A stretch of 63,063 nucleotides of DNA, the filler included, from Lenisia limosa (taxonomy: Eukaryota > Protista > Breviatea), in NCBI GenBank assembly GCA_001655205.1. It is 9 parts of 9 records of this genome, joined end to end, with 100 filler letters (N's around TTAATTAATTAA, not from the genome) between each part and the next. Parts side by side here need not be neighbours in the genome. Positions count along the whole stretch, not along the records: positions 1 to 7,264 come from LPNZ01009147.1; positions 7,365 to 35,725 come from LPNZ01004645.1; 7 more parts are not named here. One strand, given 5' to 3'. The first letter of the stretch is position 1; each line of letters begins with the position of its first letter. Below the pieces are notes generated by a model. That model was given only the letters and a program-made list of their open reading frames with translations, was not told the DNA's origin and ran no database searches. The translations under genes and the position numbers were made by a program. This document shows positions 1 through 12,523 of this stretch, piece by piece.

Positions 1-3000
1 TGGAGGTAGTCCGGAGTGGATAAGATGAATAGGTCTTGGAACCGCCGTACTCGAGAGGCGATGACGTATGGGGCTGCTACTTCGTGGGACCGACTACCTG
101 CCTTCGTAAGGTCTGGCACCCAGGCGACCGCAGGTAGGGTCTGCCCCTGGGATTTGTGAACAGTGGAGGCGACGGCAGGGCCTAAGGGAAACCCAATACA
201 AGTTAACCCTTTCTGCGTGGTAACATGCAGGGGGCGAAGTCGAATCACTCCTCCCGAGCGGTTGTCTGCAGCATAGGGGGAGAAAGCGGCGGGGTTGTCA
301 AACCGAAGAGAGACATACCTTGGTAGTCGGGGACAAGGCACGGAGTACTCCGGTTTCTTCCGGATCAAGCTTGGCCAAGGGAGGTTATGCTTTAGCTTGA
401 GGTGCTTGCTGGAGATGGACACGACAGTCGCTGTAGCACCGTTGACAATGCCGCCAGGAATGAACATGTTGGTGAGGACTCGCACACGCATTGACGGCTG
501 TAGGTGGGCTACGAGCGGGACGCCTTGTATGTTTGCAGAAGTGTAAACTAGGGGCGATTGGGCAATGACGTCTTTTACGCTAATCGACTTATCCGCCAGC
601 GAAAGAGACGAGAGCTGGTGGTCGGGACCAATGGCCTCATTTAAAACGCCTTCTAGCTCAAGGCGGTTGGCCTCTCGGGCAGACTCGGGGACGGTCCTAC
701 GACCAGCCCTGCCTACCATTGATACCGCCGAAGAGACGAAGGCAAAGACTAAACGAGAGTCGGTACTCTCTGCTATGAAATGCCGGCGCAACCAGAGGGT
801 GGTAGCCTCCTCTATGGTTGAGTTCTTTGAGGAAATGTAGACGGCGTGTGGCGGAAGCAGGTTGGGACTGCTGACGCAGCGCGTCCGGAAAAGGTCGGTG
901 TCGGCGGGAGTGCAGGTACCATGGCGGAGGCGATTTAATACGGACGCAAAGTTGGCATCGTCGTTTTGCCTCATGTTCTGGGTTAGCAAGTGATGTGCGG
1001 TGGACGCGAGAAAGGCCGACGAGGTAAACACGCTCGGTATTTTTACGGAAGGCAGTTGGCCGTAGTCTCCGGCGAACACAAGAAGCCGGCCACCGTAAGG
1101 CGCGTCATCGGCGGCACCTGCCAAGGGCAGCTTTGCCAGGGCGTCAACGATGTCGGCGTACACCTTGACGTTAAGCATAGAGACCTCGTCTACGACCACA
1201 AGGCGGATGCGGCTGAACTTCAGGCGAAGTGCGGCGGTGGTTTGTCGGAACCGAAGGTTGCCTGAAGGGCCAACAGTAGCCCCAAATGCGGAATGGATCG
1301 TCGTACCCCCCGGAAGAAGGCCGGCAGCAACAGCAGAAGCAGCCATGCAGAGGAAGGCCCCCTCGTCCCTAAACAAGGCGACGCAGCAGGCGGCAATGGC
1401 CTCGATAACCCGTGACTTGCCCACACCGGCGGCTCCCGACAGCAAAACAGCTTTGGGCTTACCAGCTTGGAGGTAACTACGGGCGAGGTTAAAGAAGGAC
1501 CGCTGTCCCGGGTTTAAGCTGTCCCGCAGGTCAGTCAGCGTGGTGTCGACAGTGTCCAAAGGGAACGGGGGTGGCAGGTCGTCGTCGGCCACATGATCCT
1601 CCGCGAGGTTTGTCGAGACGAGAAACGTTGTTGCCGTGGAGGAAGGGCGGTGGAGGCGATAGCCGGACGGCAGAGGCGATGGGTTCACAACGGCCCGAAA
1701 AACAAGGGCCATTTCGTTGACGAGGGCCTGAGTTTCGTCGGCCTGCGGGGCGTCAACCAGGTCGGCAAACTCCGCGTCGGTGTACTGGTCAAGGTCGACG
1801 GTCACGAGGCCGTCGAGGCGTTCCACTAACCGGCACACCACGGAGGCGAGAGCGACCCCTTCGCTGGTGGAATACCTAGTAGAAGACTGTCGAATGCGGG
1901 GCAGGTGGCGAAGAAAGTCTGCGCGTCGAGAGGCAAGGGGGAATGCTTCTGCTGGCGGCAGGCGAAAGGGGATAAACAAAACAAGTACGGCGAGGAAGAA
2001 CGCGTCGGGGTCGGACTGAGGGTCCACGCGGGTTGTGGACAGAACCGCCGGGCGGTCACGCAGCACAAACACCGACCTGTGACCGGTCTTAAAGGCCTTT
2101 GGAAAGGGTCGGCCCTCGGGCGGGGAGTCGTTGTCGTTGACCACGTGGCGACTGGCCCCAGCTCGCCGGTAGAGGGTACGGAACTCCGCTTGCGACAGAT
2201 GTTCCACCACCGGTGGGCGGCCTCGGTAGACGTCTAGAATTGACTCTTGAAAGACTTCTGCACTGTCGTCTGGTAGTTGCTGAAGGAGGACGGCCGGCTT
2301 GAGAACGCGGTAGTCCGTGGAGGTAAAGCTGGTTTTAACGTATACGGTTTCGTCGCTGGCAAAAACCGGGTCTATGCCGGAGACAAAGAGGGCGGCCTCG
2401 TGGGATCCAACATTGCGGGACGATAAGGCCTTTATAAGTAGGCTGTTCATGGCGGACTTAACTTCGTTGAGGGAGGTGTTCCTGAGGGCGTCGGTGGCAG
2501 CGCGTACGAGAAGGTCGTCCACAAAGGCGTTGTACTTAAGAATGTAGTTGAAGAGGTACGTAGCGGCGCTTCGTGGCTGGGTACACAGCGAAATGTCCAT
2601 GTTGCCTGAGGTCATAGCCAGGATTTCAGGGTGGAAGGGGTTGATGTTTTGGTTGGTGGGAAGGCGGGCAGGGCTATGGGCGTGAGAGTCAAGAAAGGGG
2701 TCAGAACCTGGTAGGAGGCCAGCTGAGTCTATGGGCGGTCTTGGGTAGCCAAACCGGCACTTCCGTTTCTTGGAAGGACGATGGCAGACCTGGCCGTGGC
2801 AATGGGCTTGGGCGGACACGCACAGGCTGCGGAGGTCGTCGCTGGCCATGTCGTTGGGGTTGGTGGTAATGCCGGCGGCCTCGTAGAACCACTTAAGGTT
2901 AGGCTCAAAGTTCGGGTCAGCCGGCGACAGGCTTCGGCCGTTAGTGGACTCCGGCGAAAACCAAACAAGCGAATGAACGTGAACGGCGCCACGGTTTTGG

Positions 3001-6000
3001 TGTTCAAGCACCCAGAAGAGGTGTGACACCTCGAGGCCGGCCCCCGTTTGCGGGTCACGGAAGGGAGTGTCGTCCTTCGTGCACAGCTTTTCAAAGACCG
3101 TAATGTAGCGACGGAGTTGGCATAGGAGGTGAACGGCCGGGTGGTTGTAGGCAATTTCTCGGGCCTCTCTGGCGGTCATGGTTGCCAGGTCCCTTTCGGG
3201 GCAGACGAGGTCGTAGAACTCAGTAAGTCTGCGGTGGGTGCAGGGGTTCATGGTTAAAAACACGTGCGGCATGCCCCTGGCCGCGAATATTGCGTTCAAA
3301 CTTCGGAACCGTTGATTAAAATAAGAAGGCGTGCCCGGAATCCCGAAGGTAATAGTCTCTCCACCAAAGCGAGTAAACCAGTTGTTTCCAGTGAAGGCGC
3401 CGGATGTGGCCTCTTTCAGGGTTCCGGCCGTAAGCGGCTGCTGATTGGGGTCAAGGTTTTCGAGGTCGTTGTCGGCTGCAGGCAGCAGGGCTCGAACGGT
3501 GTTGTTGTCAACGCGCATGGAAACGGCCTCAATAAGGCGGCGTTTAAGCAGCGTAACAAAGGCAAGCATGAGAAATTCGGGCGAAGAGGCAAAAGGCGAC
3601 GAGACTTGGCAAACACGGGTGGCAAAGTAGGTCTCGGGTGTGATGGCAACGGCTCGAAGGTTTGTCGGCACAGGACCGCCTCGGCCTTTTGGGAAGAGAC
3701 ACGGCATCATGACCTCAAGTAGGCCAGGAATCCGGACAATGTCTTGAAAAGTGATTTTCGAAGCGCCATGGAGTATTGAAGCTATTTCGGGGACAGCACC
3801 TCGTACCAGCTGGGCTTCGAGAAGGTCCGCTGGGACAACGCCGCCAGACGGGTCCGCCCCCGAGAGGTTGTCAACAATGACCGTAACAGGCTCGCCAGGG
3901 TCGTCAAGCAGTGACGAGTTGTCCTTGGGGGAGTCCTTCAGTTGTTCCAGGTCTAGGCAGGCCTGGAAGAAGGTACTTCCGTGCGACCAGACCGAAGGTT
4001 CGTCGGAATATGGGACTGGCGGCTCCCACGGGACTAAGGCGTCGGCCGGATACCACTCAGGCGGCCAGGTCCTTTCGTTGCCCAACATTTCGGTCAGATA
4101 GTCCTCGACGGTGTCGTCGCTGGCAGGGCTTTGATGGCGGAGGTTGGCCGGGTCACTTCCGGCTTGTGAAGGCGACGATCCTGAGGCGTGGCTGTCAGAG
4201 GACGACGACGACGACGACGACGACGAGCCCAGGGACGGCACCTCGGGCTCGCGGTCAATTGTCTGGATGGCGTTTGGGAGGAGGGAGAAGGCGGCAGGCA
4301 TGTGGGGATGACTCAGCTTCAGCTCTTCAATGGCCTGTTCCACGCCTTGGAGCTCGTCGGTCGGAAGGGTGAAGCCAGTGTATACGCCTCCTGCCCCGAG
4401 ATGAGCGGACGGCCGGAAGACGGTCCTCGGCACCAGCGTGACTTGTAGGCCTTTTACAGCGATCTGCCCGTTGCGCTGCAGGCGCTGCATGGTCATAAAC
4501 GGGGGAAGGGGACTGACCGCCACCTTACCGAGGTAAGTGAGACCCTTGGTAGCTGGGCCAGGCTCGTCCCAGCCCATGCCGTTGGCAGCGGAGAACTTTG
4601 CCGTGCGCTGCTTTTTAACAGCCTCATAGCAGGGGAAGCATACAGCGACTGCCGTGGCCGGGGGAAGCTGGTCGAAACGGCGGAAGAGCCGAGTGGCTTC
4701 GTCGAACACCGACAGACCGGCAAGGTGGGGATGGACCTCCGCAGGGCCGGTATACCGCTGGCATTGCTTTGGCGATGTAGGTCGACGGCAAATGTTGCAG
4801 GCAACCAGTGGGGGACCGCCCAGCGACGCCAACTTGGACGCCGTGGAGAAGACGGTGGCCGGGGCCAGAGGTCGAAGGGTGATGGCGTCTGCCAAGGACA
4901 AAAACTGGCCGGTTCCAGGTGGTTCGTCCCCTGGCAGCAAAGCGGCGTTCTGCCGAGCAGCGGCGACGGCAACCGCCTCGGCCTGGAAGGCGGGCGGCAT
5001 GTGTTTCGTCAAATGTGACGTGAACCGGGGTGCACCCGGCCAAAGCGGGTCAAGGCGGCCAAAGGCGGCTTCAGGCCTTCCCGACTTAGTGGAGTACAAC
5101 CATCCACCGCGGTCAACCACCAGGAACCACTTGGAGGCACAACCGCCAGCGGGGCACAGAAACGCAGCGTAGTTGGCCGGCTTGCCATCCCTGGTCTTAA
5201 AAACGCGAAGGTCAGTGAACACCAGGGTGCTTCGACTGCCTTGCCTGGCTGTGAGCCGGCGACCGACAAGAAAGGTCAAAGCCGCGTCCGGGAAAAACTC
5301 ACGAAATCGAAGACTGGCAGCCTCAAGAAGCGGAGGGTCAACAGCAATGTCATTTTCGGAGAGGTCTACCACGGGATGTTGGTAGAGTTGGCCTATTTCG
5401 TTTTGGAGAGCGGCGGGCAGGATAATGTCTAACCTTGACGGGAGGACGATACCAGGCGGAAGACCGTTGGCTAGGCCGCGAAACTGCCTTGTTGGTTCGC
5501 CTTCTGGAAGACAAAACACATTCCGGCCGTTTAGTTTGACTATTAAAAACCAGTAGGCTGGAAGGTTTGCCTCGGCGCAGACAACAATTGCAACATTGGA
5601 TGGAAGTCCGCGATGCTGATCAAGGTACCGAATGTCGGCAAACACAAGGGTAGTAGGGGCGCCAGGGTCAGGGCTGTGCCTGCGGCCAGTCAGAAACTGC
5701 AGTACACCTTCGGGTAGAAATTCCTGAAACCTAGCATTGATAAGCGTAGACATCTCAGCGCTGACGCAGTCCGGCAGAACATTAGCCTAAAATACGTAAG
5801 AAAAGAACACACCAAAAAAAAAAAAATCAAGGCAAGAACTGTCTCCCATGGCTAACCGTAGTTGGAGGGAGGTCTTCCTGCAAGGCGGCAAGGCGCACGC
5901 GGGTGGCCTCAGCCAACACTGGAGGAACCCAGTAGTTCACCTGATTAAAGCTCAAACCACCCGGCCAAAGCACATCCAGCTGTGAAAAGACGCTTGTACT

Positions 6001-6376
6001 GCCTCCTGTTTTCGTGTAGTAGACAACGGCGTTGTTAGGGGCCATTGCAAGGAACCACTTCACAGGTGTGTCACTTTCCTTGCACAAGAAGACAGCGACG
6101 TTTACCGGCCGGTCATTTATGAGCTTTGAATACCGGGGGTCACCAAACACAAGAGTCGACGGCCAAGGCCCATGCTGGGTGTGGCGATGTTGCCGGCCAG
6201 CGATGAATTGCAGCGACCCAAAGGGAAACACACTTCGATACTGAAGTAGGGCAGCGTTGATGAGCACGTCCGAAACATGATGCGTTTCAATAGTAGCCTT
6301 AGTAAGTAAACAAGAATATACAACAAATAGGGACTTACCATGGTATGACAGGGCACATGTTCCATTTCAACAAAGC
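1..6376 (-). CDS. Helitron-like RepHel protein (Helitron2/Helentron clade): 3 N-terminal repeats + DUF6570-like Cys region + HUH Rep + PIF1-family helicase; 3' end truncated by window edge
   Basis: Open frame 5786->1; no ORF-track entry in this frame ends in a stop. Predicted introns 5787-5856 (GTTAGC..TTTTAG) and 6298-6338 (GTAAGT..TACTAAG). Motifs read directly: CFPC..KFSAANGMGWDEP..GQIAVKG (~4420-4650); MPCLFPKGRGG; Rep motif 1 GMPHVFLTMNP (~3250); motif 2 VLEHQNRGAVHVHSLVWF (~2960-3015); CRFGYPRP; NINPFHPEILAMTSGNMDI; motif 3 YLFNYILK (~2535-2560). Helicase motifs: Walker A SGAAGVGKS (~1415), Walker B VVVDEVSML (~1180), GDYGQLPSV, LTQNMRQ, FPLGPAVASTVHKSQGQTL, YVIASRVR. The true start codon is uncertain. 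Confidence 0.93.
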
Positions 6377-6660
6377 CTAAAAACACATTAGGTATTATTT
6401 AAAAAAATAACCAGCCAATACTAACACGCACAGTTTTTTTGGTCTGTTTTGTGGGCTATTGAAGTTCGAAAGTAAGGTCTAAAAAGGTGTTTTAGTAGTA
6501 AGTATATGGTTTATTATTAGGTGCAGGCTAGCGGGGCTTTAGCCAAAAACAGTCGGAAAATAAAATCTACAGTCTATTAACATTTCGCGTGCAGTAGGGT
6601 CAAAAATAACAAAGGACTTATAGTCGTAGATGCATAGTAGCGAACGACTCAAGATTAGTA

Positions 6661-7264
6661 CTGAAAGACACAGCAAGGTTTATGCTAGATAAGAAGAGTA
6701 GAGGGCGGAGTCGTAGCGTATCCAGGGTCAATGGGTAGGCTAGTTGAGGGAAGGTTCCTGTGGAATTCCTGGGAAAATCTCGGTGATTTACACAACTTGG
6801 GCGGGAGGAAACTGGTCACACCTGAAAGTCAGCAAGGTTTATGCTATATAAGAAGAGGTGGGGGCGGAGTCATAGCGTNNNNNNNNNNNNNNNNNNNNNN
6901 NNNNNNNNNNNNNNNNNNNNNNNNNNNNNNNNNNNNNNNNNNNNNNNNNNNNNNNNNNNNNNNNNNNNNNNNNNNNNNNNNNNNNNNNNNNNNNNNNNNN
7001 NNNNNNNNNNNNNNNNNNNNNNNNNNNNNNNNNNNNNNNNNNNNNNNNNNNNNNNNNNNNNNNNNNNNNNNNNNNNNNNNNNNNNNNNNNNNNNNNNNNN
7101 NNNNNNNNNNNNNNNNNNNNNNNNNNNNNNNNNNNNNNNNNNNNNNNNNNNNNNNNNNNNNNNNNNNNNNNNNNNNNNNNNNNNNNNNNNNNGGGAGGAA
7201 ACCAGTCGCACCTGAAAGTCAGCAAGGTTTATGCTATATAAGAAGAGGTGGGGGCGGAGTCATA
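6661..7264. repeat. ~160-bp tandem repeat, at least 3 copies, upstream of the RepHel gene
   Basis: CTGAAAG(AC)ACAGCAAGGTTTATGCTA(G/T)ATAAGAAGAG..GGGCGGAGTC(G/A)TAGCGT starts at 6661, 6822 and 7212. GGGAGGAAAC.GGTC.CAC precedes copies 2 and 3. An N gap hides further copies. Confidence 0.85.
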
Positions 7265-7364
7265 NNNNNNNNNNNNNNNNNNNNNNNNNNNNNNNNNNNN
7301 NNNNNNNNTTAATTAATTAANNNNNNNNNNNNNNNNNNNNNNNNNNNNNNNNNNNNNNNNNNNN
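7265..7364. other. Artificial scaffold linker N44-TTAATTAATTAA-N44 (first of 8; others 35726-35825, 44840-44939, 48621-48720, 50516-50615, 53022-53121, 54285-54384, 57653-57752)
   Basis: Identical 44+12+44 structure at each site; the 12-mer has stops in all six frames. Confidence 0.97.
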
Positions 7365-10300
7365 CGTCACGGGCCTGCACAGCTTCTTGCTTCGAAAGGG
7401 TTCGGTCGCGTCCAGGCACTCCTCCTGAAGTGTCAAGTGAACATGCCATACTAAAGAAGATTGAACAGCCTCACAGCATCACTTACCGTCGGCAGCCAAA
7501 CGGGGCGACAGGGCCACGAGATATGGCGATAAGTAGTCGGCCTTGCGTTCCGGTGCCGCAGACTCCTCAGCATTGTGGCGAGCCTCGCGGGACTGGGGGG
7601 AGGGTGACCAGATATCGACTAAGGGATACCACCCAATGACAATATAATACAGAACTGATAAATTTAAATGGGGTATCTGGCCGAAGCCAACCACACCATG
7701 ATAGACATTATTGGCTTTAAAAAACAATGTATCTCAGAATAAAAAATGAGATACCAAAACACAACGGTTTGAAAGAACAAACCAACGAGGGTAACAGAAC
7801 TGGCCGTATGGAACATTATCGGAGCTCCATAGCTTTGTCCCAACAAATATTGATATGATCTGTAATGATATTCTTCATACGCGCAAAATCCAGTACTAAA
7901 TTGGCAAAAGATACCGTTATTTGCCTTCGACACGTACCTTCGTAATACCAAGACGTTTAGGCATGTATACGGTGTGGGTCAAGACCAGTTGCTCCTCCTC
8001 AACCTCTCGAGTGCTAATGGTCAAACCAGAATGGGAACAACTGTGTCTTTTTAGCTTATCAGCACCACTTACTGGAGGAATTCTCTGTTTTCGCGCTCGG
8101 CCTCAGCCACAGCATTGATGGACTCCTTCGGAGGTGAAGGGGGGAAAGTGATTGGAGGATGCATTGAAACCAATTGACCCAGAAGGCTAATACGCAAACA
8201 CCCACTCTCTCAGCAGCAAGCAAAGTATTGTGAAGATCCTCAACTTCACGACTTTGAAGCTCAGCTGAATGCACATTGGCTGTCCATGAGGTGCAGACGC
8301 CCTCGCTCTGAGAGGAATGAAAGGAAGACTACAATGGTATATTAAGTCCTGCTGCCTTGCTCACATTAAAGCTCCGATGAGCAGCTGAAATGCTGCCAGT
8401 GCTGCGATGGTACTCCACATAAATCTAGAAAGTCAGCTTGGGACTGCAATTGTAACCCCCATACTTTTCTGCTGTTGACATGGAATCGGCGCTTTGCAAC
8501 AGATTTCTCCGGCTCCGAGCCAGCTAAGGGGTTAGGCTGCTGCACGAGGTCAATTTGCATTATTTTTTTTAAGAAGACGACTGGAAGCTTGGCTTTAAAA
8601 AGAGCAATACAAGCTAACCCAAGGAATTTTGTGTGGAACAAAAGACTTACTCATATTCTTGAATTTTTCAGTTAGTTTCACAATTGAAGGTTCAGCTGAA
8701 AGAGCTCCAACAGATTCGCCAGGGGATTGTACCTTAAGTATCATTAAAGGGGTCCAAGGTGAACTTTAAAGCAATGCAAGCAGTATTGGTGTCCCTCCCT
8801 GTGCCCACTTTGTTTGAGTACGACACTGATCGGTAGAGTAAGCCATCATCACGAGACTCGTAGGAATCCGTCATCTAAAACAATGAGAGGAAAACTGGAA
8901 GACATGTGATCAGTGTTTGTAGTGTTAGCAAAACAAGTACTCACTTTCTTTCCGATAGAAATTGTCCGTCTTGTAAGATGGTCGGCCCTGGCGGAGGGGT
9001 AATAGTCCGTCTCCCTCCAGAGGTCACTGATCCACACATGCTTTTTGAGGGCGCGCGGCCGGCCCGGGTCAAACTCCTCAGCACACTGTTGTGACAGAAA
9101 ATCAGTTTAACAATACCGTAAAAGTGTATAAACAATTGGGGGGGGGGGGAGCCCAAATTGATTAAAACGATTGCCAGGTGTTCATGATACAAACANNNNN
9201 NNNNNNNNNNNNNNNNNNNNNNNNNNNNNNNNNNNNNNNNNNNNNNNNNNNNNNNNNNNNNNNNNNNNNNNNNNNNATCCACCCCAGGTACCTTATCTTC
9301 CAAGATCCACTTTGTCCTCTTGCGAAGACAATCCCTGGTGAAAATGAGAAACGAAGAAGAAAGCTGTGGGGGGGGGGGCTCACTTTCTGTGATCGAAGGA
9401 CTCAACGATTTTGATTGGTTCTTCCTTGGATGCATCGATGTATTGCGTAGCCCTTTTGACCATGCCATCCTTACGCTCGTATTCCGCCCACAGGTCCTGA
9501 GTCATTAGAGCTTACCCCTTACTGGGGCGGCAACATACTACAGTGGCGTTGAGATAGTCAATGGACTTGTGGCCGTCCGGCCATCTCCGGTTGAGAGTCT
9601 CCTTCGATACCGACGCTGGCTGAGTCCATGACGGCGGCAGATCCAGCGTCTGGTCGTGAGGTAAATGAAGAACATTCGCTGAAGAGTATTGGCGAAAACG
9701 TACAAAACACCAACCAAAAAATCCAAACCTCCCCCCCCCCCCCCNNNNNNNNNNNNNNNNNNNNNNNNNNNNNNNNNNNNNNNNNNNNNNNNNNNNNNNN
9801 NNNNNNNNNNNNNNTACAACTCGACAAAAACAGATGACACTGGGATGAAAAAAGGAAATGGTGAAACAAAGAAAAACAACTCTACTGGCTTAACAATTGA
9901 GACCTATGCGGGTTGAAAAACAAAACAAAAAGCTGAAGCCAATCTAGGGGTAAGGAGGCATGTTTCCGGTTTGGGCTGGGTTAACTTTCTTGGCCAATTA
10001 TGAAATAAAACAAAAAATTCATGAAACGAAGAAACAATCGTATGTAAACATAAACCACAATAAGAAGCAACACCAAAACATTCAGCAGCCACACAAGCGC
10101 CTCACCTGTGTGGCCTCATCACCAGGGTGGTTCAACGTCCGGTCGGTGTCTAGAATGTCAAGGTCTGGCCAAGAGGGTAAGTAACCTTGTGCATTTGAAA
10201 TATCAGGGTAGACATAGTCGAAATGGAACAAGAACTATCCATACCAGTATTGAGATGGGAGGTTTCAAGAAGTACGAATTCCCAAACTGAGGTATCTTCC

Positions 10301-12523
10301 ACGTCATAAGATAAATCCTGGAGCGGGGTGAAATAGAAAAGTTGTTTCACTTCATGTAAATGACTTCATCTGTGAGGACCACCAAAGAGAAAAAAGAAGC
10401 AAACAATCATAAAAAAAAAACAAAGGTAAAAGGCACCATAAATAACTGGTCAGTTTAACCCACTCTGAAATCCACGCCATCTTGCATGTTTGCCCAGTAG
10501 TTGGTGTTGTTGAAAACGGCTTCAACACCCTCCATTCCACTTTCCTAATATGGTAAACCATGTTCCAAAGAGAAATTAAAGAAATACCTGGGGGGACGAG
10601 ATTCGGCCAGTCGCGGGTTCTGAATAATAAGTAGCTGTCTCAAGCGAAAGAAAATAAAAAACATCTAATATTTCTTTGCATTTCAAGAAGTAATTAATAA
10701 AAGTTGTTACCCCCCCCCCCCCNNNNNNNNNNNNNNNNNNNNNNNNNNNNNNNNNNNNNNNNNNNNNNNNNNNNNNNNNNNNNNNNNNNAACCCATGCAT
10801 GCACGCGCCATCCTTGCATCTCGTCAACATTTGAGGTGGAGGGCTTCTCCGTGGGGACCTGGGGGTCAGAGTGGTGGTGAAAGAAAAGGACTCCTTGTGG
10901 TAGGAATGTTTGGAAAAGAGGGAAACGCTCGCAAAATGCAACTTATTTCTTCAACAGCGACGTAATAAGACTTTTCAATTCCGGCCCTCACGCACCTCCG
11001 ATGGAGTAGCCTTCTGTTTGACAGCCTCATCACGGGCGTGCTGTGCTTTCATAAACCTAAACTGTCAATTTCTCTTGCCACCTTCTAGGGTTTCTAAGGT
11101 TTCTTTTTTTTTCACCAATTATTAAACCACAGCTGATCCCTCGGACCTTGACTCAAGTACTCTTCTCTCAGGCAGCCTGTACTTTGAGGGTGCAGGGGCT
11201 TCCTCAACCACCTCAGTCTATTCAATAAGCATAATGAGTATAAATAGGAATCAAACAGACAACCATGACTGCAAGATAGAATTTATTTGACATATACATG
11301 TAGTTGGGGAAGGATCGAATTCTAATGCCAGCACAGCCCTCTCTATGTCCCCTTGTGACCTTCCCTCCAACCTCTTCCCTCTCAATCAGCTCCTCACACA
11401 CTGTGTTGCTCATGTCATTGACAGTGATGTGTTGTGGGGCCTGGAGCATAAGATCCAAAGACGGGAGTTGAGCAAACCTTGCCAATAACAACGTACGCCT
11501 CGTAACCGACGCCAAGAAGAAGGGAGCATAGCACAGTGGCCATGTCGAAACAATCTCCAGCTTGCCAATTGAGGATTGTGGACGGTGAGGGAAGGTGATC
11601 AGGCTGGGTGGCAATGAAGAAAGGAGATACGGTTAATTGAACCAAAAATGTAAAGGCGGAACAAAAATTTAAAGGAAAGAAACCCGCATACAGGGTCAAT
11701 GGGGCTTGGAAGGGGCTCGTATTTGATAAAGTCTGAAACGAAGGACGCACATCCATTCAGTTCATGAAGTTCCTGCGATAGTAACCCAATGCCTAGACTG
11801 TGTTCATTTTAAATAAACAAGCAAGCTGTACTTTAATATCGAAATAGTATATATGAAATGTACATGCAGCAAAATAAGAAAAGCATTGATTATCTGGCGT
11901 TTATGCTGTTATAAAGCCGAGTCATTATTACCCTCCATCTCTTAAAATTTTCCACAGCGTGGAGTTCATATCCCCCCTCCGATTTATACTTGGCATGGAA
12001 AGAAAAGAAGTTAAATTACATCGACTTGATAGCCTACTTTGAGAGGGAGCTGGATGGGGCGAACAGTAGTGCAAACGAACTTCTCAACCGAACATTCATT
12101 GAGTGGCAAAAGGAAGAGATGGCGGCGCTGGAAGGGTGAGTTACGAATACAATTTCAAGAGTTGAGGAACGGCGGGAGTAACAACCTAACAGACCTGTGG
12201 GTACAACTGTGTGAATTGTCTGCGAAAGTTTGTGACATATTCGGCGACCACTTCCTCTTTTGGAGTGTTTTCTTTGTACGTTGCTGGAAAGTTCTCCGGT
12301 TTAGCCTCAGTGATTCGAGCAATCTTGGGCGACCAAAGGCTTCCTGTTGCTGTGAAGGTTGACTTGTAATGATACGACCCTCGAATAACAGATAACGCCC
12401 AGTTTTTCTTATACATACATACGTATAACAAAGGTAATTTTCAATTCAGCAATAATAGCCTCACTTGAGCCTTGGCAATCGTTCCCCATTACCTGGCCTG
12501 GGCGGTTCGCCAACGGAGGCCAT
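7365..12523 (-). CDS. DRC7: Dynein regulatory complex subunit 7 (CCDC135/Lobo homologue), multi-exon, 3' end cut at scaffold edge
   Basis: Spliced exons read MASVGEPPRP-ATG..PATYKENTPKEEVVAEYVTNFRRQFTQLYPQ-RRHLFLLPLNECSVEKFVCTTVRPIQLP-ELYELNGCASFVSDFIKYEPL-PSPSTILNWQAGDCFDMATVLCSLLLGVGYEAYVVIG..NYWANMQ..LDLPPSW..FDPGRPRALKKH..ADYLSPYL..LSKQEAVQARD. These match DRC7 blocks in order. Confidence 0.9.

Larger units (their letters stand above)
1..7264 (-). mobile_element. Autonomous-looking Helitron-like (rolling-circle) element; termini not resolved
   Basis: RepHel gene fills the scaffold and is clearly more GC-rich than the host genes on scaffold 2. 5' flank has tandem repeats; the 3' end lies outside the window. 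Confidence 0.85.

Noticed and set aside
295-5432. Many 60-170-aa ORFs listed over the Helitron, on the plus strand and in other minus frames
   Set aside because: They are shadow ORFs of a GC-rich coding sequence; the real frame is the unlisted long minus-strand frame.
7200-7450. Helitron next to the DRC7 3' end as possible gene capture or disruption
   Set aside because: A linker separates them, so the adjacency is artificial.
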